In this document: one piece after another, positions 8,185 through 17,235 of the stretch
How the letters are laid out: each line of letters starts with the position of its first letter
Position numbering within the stretch: position 1 is the stretch's first letter
DNA from: a virus
Lineage: Duplodnaviria > Caudoviricetes
Virus record (IMG/VR): IMGVR_UViG_3300037470_000374
Coordinates: 1 to 32,320 of that record
DNA: 32,320 bases
Direction: 5' to 3' (one strand)
Program-made: the position numbers and the translations under genes
The notes under the pieces: model-generated
The model's database searches: none
Seen by the model: only the letters and a program-made list of their open reading frames with translations
Told to the model about the DNA's origin: nothing

Positions 8185-10283
8185 TACTGCACCGCCTCGC
8201 CGCGACCGAACATGCCACTTTCCTGCATGCGCTGAATCTGGTCGAGGTTCTTCTCCTTCTCGCCGCGCACGCGCTGGCGCTTCGCCTCGGCCTCGCGCTT
8301 CGCCTTCTCGGCCTCGGCTTCCATGCGCTTGGCCGCCGGCGAGGCCGCCCAATCGGGCCGCCACAGCATCATCGAGCCGTCGGGCTTGCGCAGCGGGATC
8401 AACTCGCCGTTCTCGTTCTTCAGCAGGACCGAATAGGCCGGGCGGGCCATGCGACCTGTCTCCGGCGTCGCGGCGATCACGACGCGATCCTCGAGGTCGC
8501 CCTTGGCCTCATCGAACATCCCGCCGGCCTTGAGATCGGTCAGCAGCTGCTCCCGGTGCCAGCCATCGGGCGCGCCCGGCACCTGATAGACCCGCTCCGG
8601 CGCGTAGGGCATCCAGCGGCGCGGGCCGATCTCCGTCACGCCCCACACCTGCCGAAGCTCCTGAAGCGCGGCCTTGCGCGCGATGTCGATGTCGCCCTGG
8701 ACCTGATAGTGCTGTTCGACCAGCCGGTCATAGGCGCCGGCCATCTCGCCCGTGCTGGCCGTCGGCGTTCCGGCCAGCCCCAGGTTGCCCAGAACCGAGC
8801 CGCCAAGCTGGCGTTCGAGCTCGCGCGCGTTGCCCTCGCGGACCTTCTTGGCGTTCAGGCTCAGAAACTCTCGGCGCTTCTTGGCCTCAGGCTCGCCGGC
8901 CTTGAGCACCTTCGTTTCCGCCAATTCGATCGCGCGCTGCGGCTCGACGCCCGCCCGCATGTTCGCCATGATGGCCGTGCCGAGCGCCACATCCTCTTGC
9001 GCGAAGTCCTGCCCGAGCGCCGGGTTGCGCGTGACCAGCCGATCAAGCGTATCGGCCGCCTGGACGCGCTTCTGCGCATCGGTCGAGCGGAGCCCGCCGC
9101 GGATGTCCGATTTGATGACCGACGGGATGATGCCCGCCTTGTCGACGAAGTTGGTCACCATCTCGACCGCATCGCCGGCGCGCTCCTCGGGCAACGCCTG
9201 AATGGCGGGCACGACGGTCTCGACGAAATAGTCGTCGACCGCATCCCGGTCCGCCTTCTCGCGCGGGTCGAGCGTCCCCATGCCCTCGACGGCCGCGCCG
9301 ACGCGGGCCTTGGCGGCCTCGCGCTCCACAACCTTGCCGGCGACCCGATCCGCCGCCTTGACCAACTCGGTCCGCTGATTCGGCTTAAGCCACCCGGCGC
9401 CGCCGTCATAAGCGGCCTCGACATCGGCCACATCGGCCTCGCCGCGGCTCACCCGGATCTCGAGGTCGGACAGCGCCCGCGCGTTCGCCTGTGTCTCCGC
9501 CTTCTCCGCCGCGACGTCGCGACGCCGCGCTTCCCGCTCCGCCGCGTCCCCCAACGCCAGAAGGCGCGTCGCACCGATGCCGCTATCGTCGAACTCACCC
9601 GAGGACAGGCGCCGGACCGTGCCGTGCGGATCGCGCTCGATCAGGCCGCGAACCCGGCCCTCCTGCAGCTGCGCCTCGCCCTTTTTCAGGAACTCCGCCC
9701 GCTCCTTGGGCGGGATATCGAATCCATTCACATTGCCGCGAAACAGGGCAAGCTGGGTATCGAACGCCGCGGGGTTGCGCGCCACGGCCAAGACCTGGCT
9801 TTGCAGCGCCCGATCTGCCGACGTCACGGCCTCGCGCACCTGTTCCTGGTGCTCGTACCGCCCCGCGTCCTTGAGCGTCAGCGTCGACAGCGACAGCGCC
9901 CGGGCATTGGCCCTCGTGAACGCCGTATCGCTGATCGGGTACTTGCCGCGCATCTCCTTGAGGATGCGATCCCGCTCCTGGGCGAGCCGCGTCTGGACGC
10001 GCTGCGCAAGCCCGGCGGCGCCCGGCTGGGCATTGTCCTGTTCCTCCTGCAGGACTTCCTGGGCCCGGAGCGAGAACGCCGTCGTCGCCTCGGCGTCGAA
10101 AGCCTGCTCGGTCGCCGCGCGCCGGGTGTCCGCCAGATCATCGAGCTCGCGCTTGGCCTGGCCGGCTACCTGTTGCGCGGCGCCCCACATATCGGCGCCG
10201 AAGTCGCTGCCGTCGGCGCGCGCCTGCCTTTGGACCGACGCGCCGACGGTCGGGACGTCGAGCGGACTGGGTGTGCGGGCCAT
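8184..10283 (-). CDS. Internal virion (ejection) protein, 699 aa
   Basis: All-helical Ala/Glu/Arg-rich protein in the T7 gp15-like position. Translationally coupled at both ends. Confidence 0.75.
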   Translation of the reverse strand: MARTPSPLDVPTVGASVQRQARADGSDFGADMWGAAQQVAGQAKRELDDLADTRRAATEQAFDAEATTAFSLRAQEVLQEEQDNAQPGAAGLAQRVQTRLAQERDRILKEMRGKYPISDTAFTRANARALSLSTLTLKDAGRYEHQEQVREAVTSADRALQSQVLAVARNPAAFDTQLALFRGNVNGFDIPPKERAEFLKKGEAQLQEGRVRGLIERDPHGTVRRLSSGEFDDSGIGATRLLALGDAAEREARRRDVAAEKAETQANARALSDLEIRVSRGEADVADVEAAYDGGAGWLKPNQRTELVKAADRVAGKVVEREAAKARVGAAVEGMGTLDPREKADRDAVDDYFVETVVPAIQALPEERAGDAVEMVTNFVDKAGIIPSVIKSDIRGGLRSTDAQKRVQAADTLDRLVTRNPALGQDFAQEDVALGTAIMANMRAGVEPQRAIELAETKVLKAGEPEAKKRREFLSLNAKKVREGNARELERQLGGSVLGNLGLAGTPTASTGEMAGAYDRLVEQHYQVQGDIDIARKAALQELRQVWGVTEIGPRRWMPYAPERVYQVPGAPDGWHREQLLTDLKAGGMFDEAKGDLEDRVVIAATPETGRMARPAYSVLLKNENGELIPLRKPDGSMMLWRPDWAASPAAKRMEAEAEKAKREAEAKRQRVRGEKEKNLDQIQRMQESGMFGRGEAVQ

Positions 10284-10813
10284 CAGGCGAACGACCCGAA
10301 AGCCTCATCGCCCGCCACCAGGCCGGGATCGACCGAGATACGGTCCGGCGCCCCCCAATTGGCCCCGGCGGCGGTGCTGGCGCCCGACAGGATGGACGTC
10401 CCGGCCTTGGCGAAGCCGGCCCGGCTGGCCGTGGTGGCGCGGAAGCGGTCGAGTTTGGCCTGGCTTTCCAGCGTGGCCGCCCGCGCGTCACCGCCCGCCA
10501 GGATGTTGAGCGCGCTGTACTCGCTCGTGCCGGCGAAGTCCTCGGCCGTCAGGAGCGGCGTGCCCGTGCCGATGTCGACGTTGCTGCCCGCCTGGCGCGT
10601 CAGGATCGTCGCCTGCATGCGCGACTGCCGGCGCCGGAACGCCTCGGCATCCGCCGCCGAGCGCTGCCGCTCGCTGATCGCCTGGTTCTCCGCCACCTTG
10701 GCGTTGAAGCGCGATGCCTTCGCCTGCGCCTGACCCTGTGCGACAGCCGCGCCCGCGCTCGCCAGTGCGGCCGCGACGGCGGCAACCGCGATGATCGTCG
10801 TCGTCGCTGCCAT
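10283..10813 (-). CDS. Small internal virion protein (T7 gp14-like), 176 aa
   Basis: ATG at 10813 (TGATG overlap). Hydrophobic Ala-rich N-terminus MAATTTIIAVAAVAAALASAG, AQ-rich helix, and GSNVDIGTGTPL motif typical of this slot. Confidence 0.8.
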   Translation of the reverse strand: MAATTTIIAVAAVAAALASAGAAVAQGQAQAKASRFNAKVAENQAISERQRSAADAEAFRRRQSRMQATILTRQAGSNVDIGTGTPLLTAEDFAGTSEYSALNILAGGDARAATLESQAKLDRFRATTASRAGFAKAGTSILSGASTAAGANWGAPDRISVDPGLVAGDEAFGSFA

Positions 10814-11262
10814 CAGCCGAATTCCTTCATGTACTGCCCGCCCATGAGCCGATAGCCGAGACGCTCGTAGAACCGGCCCGTCACGCCGGGACGCAGGCCG
10901 GTGTCGACGCTCAGCACGGCCTTGTCCAAACCGCATTCCGCGCGCCAGGCCTCGAATGCCCGGACCAGCTTCAGCGCCGCCTTGCTGCCCCGCACCGACG
11001 GCCTGACATAGAAAATATCGTGCTTGGCGAACTCGACGGCCGAGAACGTGAACGGCGTGCGGAATGCCGTCAGCATCCCGACGGCCTCGCCCTCCCGCTC
11101 CGCCAGGGCGATGAAGTAGCGCTCGCCCAGGACCGTCACGGTCGCGCGGTATACGGCCTCGTCGATCGACGGATAGGGGATCAGGCTCTCGGCCTGCATG
11201 GCCCGCCCCATATCGAGCATGACCGGGAAGTCATCGAGGCTGCCGCGGCGCACGGTGATCAT
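10813..11262 (-). CDS. GNAT-family acetyltransferase-like protein, 149 aa
   Basis: ATG at 11262 (ATGA overlap). FYVRPSVRGSKAALKLVRAFEAW is GNAT motif A, and RFYERLGY is motif B. Confidence 0.85.
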   Translation of the reverse strand: MITVRRGSLDDFPVMLDMGRAMQAESLIPYPSIDEAVYRATVTVLGERYFIALAEREGEAVGMLTAFRTPFTFSAVEFAKHDIFYVRPSVRGSKAALKLVRAFEAWRAECGLDKAVLSVDTGLRPGVTGRFYERLGYRLMGGQYMKEFG

Positions 11263-14012
11263 TTCATGTCGTTTGTCTTCATCTCCGGCGCCAGCGCCAG
11301 CACCGTAAACGGCGTCGGGTCGCTGCCCTCGAAGACCAGCCGCGCATCCGTCGTCCAATCCCCGCCGATCTCGCGGAACTTGTCGCCCGAGAACAGCGGC
11401 ACGGCCTGGTCCATCGAATCGAGCACGGCCCGGAACGGCACCGAGGCCAGCCGGTCGCTCGACGGGCCGATCATGGCGTTCATGCTGTCCAGCAGGACCA
11501 GCGTCACGCCGTGGATGCGCTTCTTCTTGCCGACCGACGTGCCGGCCACGGCCCCGCCCTCGATCCTCAGGGTCTCGCGCTTGTGCGTATAGGGCAGGCC
11601 GGCCACCACGGCGCCCGCCGGCGCGTCGAGCGTCACGGCCCCGCCGCTGACGACCTTCCGCGGATGAACGGCGCCGTCCGTCAAGAGACCGATCGTCTCG
11701 CCCTCGAGATGATCGAGGTTGGTGATGCTGCTCACGCGCGCATCGGGGTCGAGCCATTCCGCGGTTGCGATGCCGCGCAATTCCGTCGGGATCGCCCCCG
11801 GCTGCTCAACCGTCAGGGTATCGCCATCGACCAGAGCCGTGCCGCGCACCACCACTGTCTTGCCCAGGCGGCGCAGCCGCCAGAGCTTGCCGGCGTCATC
11901 GGCCTGGAACGGCGCATGACCCGTGGCCGTCAGGGTCGCGGGCTCGCCCACTTTCCAGGTCGTGGCGGTGAGCGTCAGCGTGTCGTCCTCGATGGCGTTC
12001 CAGTTGTCGAGCGTCAGGGCGGAGTCGACATAGACGGCGTTCTCCAGGGCGTCGCCCCGCTCGTAGGAGCCGGCCAGGACTTCGATATAGCGCTGTGTCG
12101 CCCCGTCGATCGTGCGCTTGACGATCATCCACACCTCGTCGCGCTCGATCGAGCCCGCGGCGTCGTTGCCCGCGATCACCGCGACCGACTCGACGACCGC
12201 ATGACCGCCCGCGAAGAACCCGCCCAGGATCTGCCGGCCCCAGCCGAGCACGTCCTGCTCGCGCTTGTACGTGAAGGTCGGCATCTGCCCGTCGCGGCGC
12301 ACGCACCAGATGAGCGAGTCCGGCTCCTGCTGGTACGCCATGTCGGCAATCCCGCCCTTCATGATGTGGTCCGCCAGCACATTCATGTCCGGCGCCTTGT
12401 AGCCGTCGTCCTCGAAGCTGAAGACGAACTCGCGGATTTTCCGCTGCGCGCGCTGCAGGAACAGGATGGCGTTGTCCGCCTCGACCGGGTCGACATCGGC
12501 CGAGCCGTGGCTGGTCTGCGGGTCGAGCGCTATGTCCGTAGGGGTCAGGACCGGACCGTCGCTGCGCGCCGTCCATTCGCGGCCCGTGGTCCCGACCGCC
12601 AGCGCCTTGCCGCCCGTCATCCACAGGATGGCATTCACCTCCTTGGAGACGATCCGGTAGTCGAGCGCGTCGTCGTCCTCGACCTGGACGGCGCCGCTGA
12701 CGAAGCTGTCGGGCGACATCGCCTCGGGGAAGCCGGTCTCGCTGCTCCACAGCTTGGCCGGCTCGTCGGTCGTCCCGCCCGCGAACAGGCGCTGCTGATG
12801 GAAGGTCGCGCACCGCGGGTAACCAGTCGTCGCCGACCAGGCGCCGAGGCGCCAGACCGTCGATGCCGTCGTGGCCGTGAAGGTCGCGCGAACGTCCGCG
12901 ACCGCGATCAATGTCGTGGTGATGCTGCGGATGACCGCCCAGCCCCAGGCGTTGCTTGCGACCTTGATCCGCACCGACCGGCCGATATCGCTCGCCTGCC
13001 AGCCCAGGTTGCCGTTGATGCCCGTCACGGCCGAGGCCGTGATCGTGATGCCCATGCCGGTCGCGGCCGAGACCGTGAGGGTCGTCGCCGTGTCGTTCTC
13101 GTCGTTCCAGGGCCCATCCTCGAACAGCGCCTCGACCAGCGACCACGATTCGTGACCGAGGCTCTTGAGCTTGTAGACGGGCGTCGTGCCGCCCGCCATG
13201 AGGTACATGACGTCGACCGATTGCGTGCGCTTGAGGCTGAACAACTGCGCTTCCGTGTAGGGCGAGCCGATCTCGACCGGCGCGGCGCTGATCAGGCTGA
13301 CGTCATCGATCTGGACGTCCTTGTCGCGGAAACTGCCGCGGTTGCGGAATTGGATGAAGACGCTCGACGCACCCGGCGTGAAGGCGTAGCAGTGATAGCC
13401 GACCTCGAAGAGCTTGTCCGCCACGATGTCGTCGTCATTCGTGGTTGTGCCGATGCGGAGCTCGACCCGATCCGAGGCCAGGCCGACGACCCGGAACCGC
13501 AGGACATGCTGCACGTCCTCATAAGCCGCCCCGACCGCCACCTCTTGCTCGGCCCAGCCGATGTCATCGGCCGCCGTGCCCGAAGTCTCGAGGGTCAGCC
13601 GGCCGTTGGTCGCGTCGTGGCTGATCTGGTTGCCGGCGCCGCCCGTCGATTCGTCCGTCCAACCCGTGATGTCGCTCGTGAAGTCGCCGTTGCTGATCGC
13701 CGCGTCGGTCTCGTCGACGACGATGGTCGCCTGGTCCTTGCAGAACCGGATATAGCCCTCGCCGAACTCGTTCATGTAGGCCTGGACGGTCGAGCGCTGG
13801 AAGCCGATGATCCGCGTTTTCTTGGTCGAGTCCTTGACCTCGCGCACGAACAGCGTGCCGGGCCGGCGCGCCACCCCGCCCTGGGCCAGCGGCAGCATGT
13901 TGACCAACTGGGCGCTGCCCTGCGGGTATTTCTGGAAGTCCGTCCGCGCGGCCATGCGCGGGCTCATCTCGCCCGCGTTGCCGGCCGGCAGGTAGGGGTT
14001 TGCCCTCACCAT
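11259..14012 (-). CDS. Tail tubular protein B / nozzle (T7 gp12, P22 gp10-like)
   Basis: NAGEMSPRMAARTD...NMLPLAQGGVARRPGT N-terminus, YPRCATFHQQRLFAGG, YQQEPDSLIWCVRRDG, LDHLEGETIGLLTDGAVHP, GLPY. Confidence 0.93.
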   Translation of the reverse strand: MVRANPYLPAGNAGEMSPRMAARTDFQKYPQGSAQLVNMLPLAQGGVARRPGTLFVREVKDSTKKTRIIGFQRSTVQAYMNEFGEGYIRFCKDQATIVVDETDAAISNGDFTSDITGWTDESTGGAGNQISHDATNGRLTLETSGTAADDIGWAEQEVAVGAAYEDVQHVLRFRVVGLASDRVELRIGTTTNDDDIVADKLFEVGYHCYAFTPGASSVFIQFRNRGSFRDKDVQIDDVSLISAAPVEIGSPYTEAQLFSLKRTQSVDVMYLMAGGTTPVYKLKSLGHESWSLVEALFEDGPWNDENDTATTLTVSAATGMGITITASAVTGINGNLGWQASDIGRSVRIKVASNAWGWAVIRSITTTLIAVADVRATFTATTASTVWRLGAWSATTGYPRCATFHQQRLFAGGTTDEPAKLWSSETGFPEAMSPDSFVSGAVQVEDDDALDYRIVSKEVNAILWMTGGKALAVGTTGREWTARSDGPVLTPTDIALDPQTSHGSADVDPVEADNAILFLQRAQRKIREFVFSFEDDGYKAPDMNVLADHIMKGGIADMAYQQEPDSLIWCVRRDGQMPTFTYKREQDVLGWGRQILGGFFAGGHAVVESVAVIAGNDAAGSIERDEVWMIVKRTIDGATQRYIEVLAGSYERGDALENAVYVDSALTLDNWNAIEDDTLTLTATTWKVGEPATLTATGHAPFQADDAGKLWRLRRLGKTVVVRGTALVDGDTLTVEQPGAIPTELRGIATAEWLDPDARVSSITNLDHLEGETIGLLTDGAVHPRKVVSGGAVTLDAPAGAVVAGLPYTHKRETLRIEGGAVAGTSVGKKKRIHGVTLVLLDSMNAMIGPSSDRLASVPFRAVLDSMDQAVPLFSGDKFREIGGDWTTDARLVFEGSDPTPFTVLALAPEMKTNDMK

Positions 14013-14013
14013 G

Positions 14014-14589
14014 TCATTGCCGGGACAATTCCCACTCGGTCGGCTGGTCCTCGTCCTCGCCGTCCTCCTGGGCGTCGTTGCTCTGCGCCTTGGCGAGTCG
14101 GCGCTGGTACTCGGCCCCCATCTCCTTGGCGAGGCTCGTCGAGTTGGTGAGCGCGACCGCGACCTCCGAGGCCAGCCGGAAGGCCAGCGCCTCGCGGAAA
14201 TCCGGCATCATCGCGTTCGGGTCGGTCACGCGCTTGACGTAGAGCAGATAGACATCGTCGTCGTCGCAGAGCAGCCGGCCGGCTTCGATCCGGTAGAACC
14301 GGATGCGCGAGCGCGCCTTGTCGTCGCGGTAGACTGCGGCCACCCGGAGATAGTCGGCCGGCAGCTGGTACCAGTGGTCGAACCCGAAGGCCGGCGCGCC
14401 CGCCACCTGGGCAAGCTGCGCCCGCGCCTTGGCGAAGTTCCAGGTATGGCCGCGCAGCACCTCGTCGCGCTTGTCGTCGAAGACATCGTCGAGCGCATTC
14501 GCGGCCTCGGAGCCATCGGTGCGGCTCGTGATGCGCGACGATCCGATCTTGCGCAGCGCCGCGTTTATGATGCCGGTTTCGGAAGCCAT
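14014..14589 (-). CDS. Tail tubular protein A / adaptor (T7 gp11-like)
   Basis: MASETGIINAALRKIG...EVLRGHTWNFA...YQLPADYLRV...FREALAFRLASE. Confidence 0.9.
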   Translation of the reverse strand: MASETGIINAALRKIGSSRITSRTDGSEAANALDDVFDDKRDEVLRGHTWNFAKARAQLAQVAGAPAFGFDHWYQLPADYLRVAAVYRDDKARSRIRFYRIEAGRLLCDDDDVYLLYVKRVTDPNAMMPDFREALAFRLASEVAVALTNSTSLAKEMGAEYQRRLAKAQSNDAQEDGEDEDQPTEWELSRQ

Positions 14590-14600
14590 GGCTCAGCCCG

Positions 14601-15236
14601 TCAGGCCGCCTTGGCCTTCGCAGCATCGAGGGCCGCGACCATCTCGGCCTTGGGCGTGCCGGGCTTGAAGCCCGCGCCCGTCAGGCGCTTGTGCTCCGAC
14701 TGCAGCTCGGCGATCGACATCTCGACCGGCGCCTTGTCGACAGGCGTGAAGGTCGGCCCCACCTGATCCGCCCCGGCCTTCATCTTCTCGACCAGGACGA
14801 AGTTGTTGGCGTCGTCGATCGCCAGGCCCGTGCGCAGGATGGCGCTGGTCTGGACATGCACGACCTCGTACTTGCCGTTCGCGGCCTGCCGGACATCGAG
14901 CTCGCCGCCCCAATTCGCCTTGAACCGCTCCCACTCGCCCTGACGCTGCACGAGCACGAAATTCCGGTCAGCGTGCAGCACGACGAACTCCGCCTCGGCC
15001 CAGCCGCCGTCCGGGGTCTTGAGGTAAACCCGGATGCGATGCGACTTGGCCAGCCGATCGGCCACGGGCTGGAAGAAATTCGGGGCCTCGACGTCCTCTG
15101 GCTTGAGGCCGCCGAACCGCGGGGGCGTCATGTCGCGTCCGTTGCGGTCCGTCTCGATCGTGCTCAGCACATGGACGGTGCCGGCCGTGGCGCCGCCCGG
15201 CGTCTTCAGAAGCTCGCCGCCGCATTGAATGGTCAT
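14601..15236 (-). CDS. Hypothetical phage protein with a C-terminal helix-extended-helix-like motif
   Basis: RBS GGAGA, 211 aa. The C-terminus MSIAELQSEHKRLTGAGFKPGTPKAEMVAAL resembles HeH/SAP-type motifs. Confidence 0.7.
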   Translation of the reverse strand: MTIQCGGELLKTPGGATAGTVHVLSTIETDRNGRDMTPPRFGGLKPEDVEAPNFFQPVADRLAKSHRIRVYLKTPDGGWAEAEFVVLHADRNFVLVQRQGEWERFKANWGGELDVRQAANGKYEVVHVQTSAILRTGLAIDDANNFVLVEKMKAGADQVGPTFTPVDKAPVEMSIAELQSEHKRLTGAGFKPGTPKAEMVAALDAAKAKAA

Positions 15237-15258
15237 GATGTCTCTCCGTTGTTTTCGA

Positions 15259-15945
15259 TCAGCGCCGACGCCACGTCTTTTCGAATATCTCTCGGTTCCG
15301 CGCGGCGCCGCCTGCCGGCCACTCTGCCGGCGGGCACATGACGTGGTCGCAGACGAGATCGTCGCAGATCATGAACCGCGCCCCGGCGCTGTGCAGCCGC
15401 CAGAGGAAGTCATTGTCCTCGTAGCCCTGGCCGTCGCGGTAGCGCTCGTCGAAGCCGCCGGCCCGGTCGAACAAGCCTCGGTGCAGCATCGAGCAGAAAT
15501 GCAGCCCGGCGCCGGGCGGCGATGGAACGCGGCCGACGGCCTCGTTCGGCGGCATGTCGGTCGAGTGGCAATACCACCAACCCCTACCGCGGCAGGCAGC
15601 GGCGATGTATCCCAAGGGACCGATCTCGTTCAGATGCTCACGCATCGCGGCGAGGATCGGCGCCCGATGGACGACCTCGGGATTTGTCAGAACGATGATC
15701 TCGCCGCGCGCTTCCGCGACACCGGCATTGAGCGGGATGCACGGGTTCTTGGCTACGGTCTTGTCGGGCAGCCGGACGATTCTCACCGCGAATGGCGGGC
15801 TCGACGGCGCGGCCGCACGTTCCGGCGACCCGTCATCGACGATGACGATCTCGATATCAAGCCCGCTGTAGAGCTTGCAGTAGTGCGCGACGTTGGCGCG
15901 GAGTATATCGGCTCTTTGCCAATATGGCATCACCACGGAGATCAT
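15259..15945 (-). CDS. GT-A fold glycosyltransferase (GT2-like N-terminus, GT7C-like C-terminal motif)
   Basis: MISVVMPY, IVIVDDGS, LNAGVAEARGEIIVL, GGFDERYRDGQGYEDNDFLWRL. Confidence 0.92.
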   Translation of the reverse strand: MISVVMPYWQRADILRANVAHYCKLYSGLDIEIVIVDDGSPERAAAPSSPPFAVRIVRLPDKTVAKNPCIPLNAGVAEARGEIIVLTNPEVVHRAPILAAMREHLNEIGPLGYIAAACRGRGWWYCHSTDMPPNEAVGRVPSPPGAGLHFCSMLHRGLFDRAGGFDERYRDGQGYEDNDFLWRLHSAGARFMICDDLVCDHVMCPPAEWPAGGAARNREIFEKTWRRR

Positions 15946-16570
15946 ACTTCTCCGGCTCCTTCTCGACGGCTTTTCGGATCACGTTGTCGCAGGCGCCGAC
16001 CCAATCGACTTCATCGTAGCCTCGCGGCCCTCCGGCCGAAGGCAGGTAATAGCCGATATTCACGAGCGGCACGCCGACCTTGGTGAACGCCGGCAAGCGG
16101 ACGTAGAAGTCATAGTCCTCAGCGATGTTCATCGTCTCGTTGAAGCGCAGGGATCGCGCAAGCTCGGCCCTGACGAAGAACCCCATCGATAGCGTTCCGC
16201 GAGCGCCGAACAACGCGAGATCGCGCCAGCCACACGGCAGGACGTTCATCCGTCGAGAGCGGCCCTCCAGGCAGCCCTCCCAGCAGACGAGCCCGAACGT
16301 GGCGGCCGAATCGAAATCACACATCGTCAGCGCCGCGGGAGCCATCACGTCGTCGGCATCCAGAAAGAAGAACCAGTCGCCGTCCGCATCCATACCCTCG
16401 TTGCGCGCGCGGCTCCGGCCCATTCGACCAGCCGTGTCGTCCACGATCCGATGCTCGACGGATGTGAATCTTCCACAGCCGAATGCGATGGCAGCCTTGA
16501 CGCTGTCAACCGCGCTCAGTGCATGATCTTCGTGGCCCGGGCCAACGGGCGTGATGACGACGAGCTTCAT
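15857..16570 (-). CDS. GT2-like glycosyltransferase (paralog 2)
   Basis: MKLVVITPVGPGH, GRSRARNEGM, WFFFLDADD (DxD), EDYDFYVRL. ATGA overlap with the upstream gene. Confidence 0.9.
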   Translation of the reverse strand: MKLVVITPVGPGHEDHALSAVDSVKAAIAFGCGRFTSVEHRIVDDTAGRMGRSRARNEGMDADGDWFFFLDADDVMAPAALTMCDFDSAATFGLVCWEGCLEGRSRRMNVLPCGWRDLALFGARGTLSMGFFVRAELARSLRFNETMNIAEDYDFYVRLPAFTKVGVPLVNIGYYLPSAGGPRGYDEVDWVGACDNVIRKAVEKEPEKYDLRGDAILAKSRYTPRQRRALLQALQRA

Positions 16571-17235
16571 TTATAGGGTGCGACGCGGCTCAGGATTTCT
16601 TCCGGTTCCACCCCGAACTTGCCCGGGTCGGCCGCCACCGCGCGGCGGATCATCTCGTTGCACCGGCCCGTCCAATCCGCCTCTTTGTGCCCGATGCGAC
16701 GCGGACCTGCCGCCGACGTACCGACGCGCTTTGTAATGAGCGGGCTGGGAACTTTCGTGAAGGAAGGCAGCCGCAGGAAGAACTCGAAATCGTCCGTCAG
16801 ATCGTCATCGGCGTCGAAGCGCATCGCAGACGCTATATCGGCTCGGCAGAAGCAGCCCATGATCAACGTGCCACCAGCGCCATGGATCGCGACATCCCGC
16901 CATGTGCACGGATGGACATTCTTCCACGACGCGAACTTGCTTTGCAGTTTGATTGCCCCGAAAGTGGCGACGTCGTCGAAATTGTTCATTTCCAGGGCGT
17001 CCGGCTCTATCACGTCGTCGGCGTCGAGAAAAAAGAACCAGTCCACACCCGGCGGCTCCATGGCCTTGTTCTTCGCACCGGCGCAACCGAGAACACCTTT
17101 CGTGTCGTCGATCACAACGTGCTCGATCCCGGTGAACCGGCCCGGCCTCTGCGATGCGGTCGCAACCGAAGCCCTGCACTGCTCAATCAGCGACTCATGT
17201 CCCGGGCCGAGGCCGGTGATGATGCGGAGCTTCAC
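16567..17235 (-). CDS. GT2-like glycosyltransferase (paralog 1), 222 aa
   Basis: GTG at 17235 overlaps the radical SAM stop (GTGA) and aligns with the N-terminus of paralog 2 (VKLRIITGLGPGHE vs MKLVVITPVGPGHE). WFFFLDADD, DDFEFFLRL. Confidence 0.88.
   Translation of the reverse strand: MKLRIITGLGPGHESLIEQCRASVATASQRPGRFTGIEHVVIDDTKGVLGCAGAKNKAMEPPGVDWFFFLDADDVIEPDALEMNNFDDVATFGAIKLQSKFASWKNVHPCTWRDVAIHGAGGTLIMGCFCRADIASAMRFDADDDLTDDFEFFLRLPSFTKVPSPLITKRVGTSAAGPRRIGHKEADWTGRCNEMIRRAVAADPGKFGVEPEEILSRVAPYK

Noticed and set aside
8185-8364. ORF-track N-terminal extensions (8364, 10936, 11757, 17313, 19597, 21587, 26349, 27473, 922 and transposase 29677)
   Set aside because: Downstream starts with stop/start overlaps or clear RBS and family-typical N-termini fit better.
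10813-11262. GNAT acetyltransferase as a novel accessory or toxin gene
   Set aside because: A GNAT-fold gene between the nozzle and the internal virion genes is a common feature of this podovirus layout.
3370-14150. Long + strand ORFs (3370..4860, 8556..10733, 11511..14150, and similarly 18362..19555, 21155..22312, 27092..28840)
   Set aside because: Antisense shadows of real high-GC genes. They are Arg/Gly/Ala-rich, have no recognisable motifs, and fully overlap well-supported minus-strand genes.
15259-17235. GtrABC-type O-antigen conversion cassette
   Set aside because: No flippase or multi-TM transferase, the GTs lack membrane anchors, and the genes are embedded co-directionally in the late operon.
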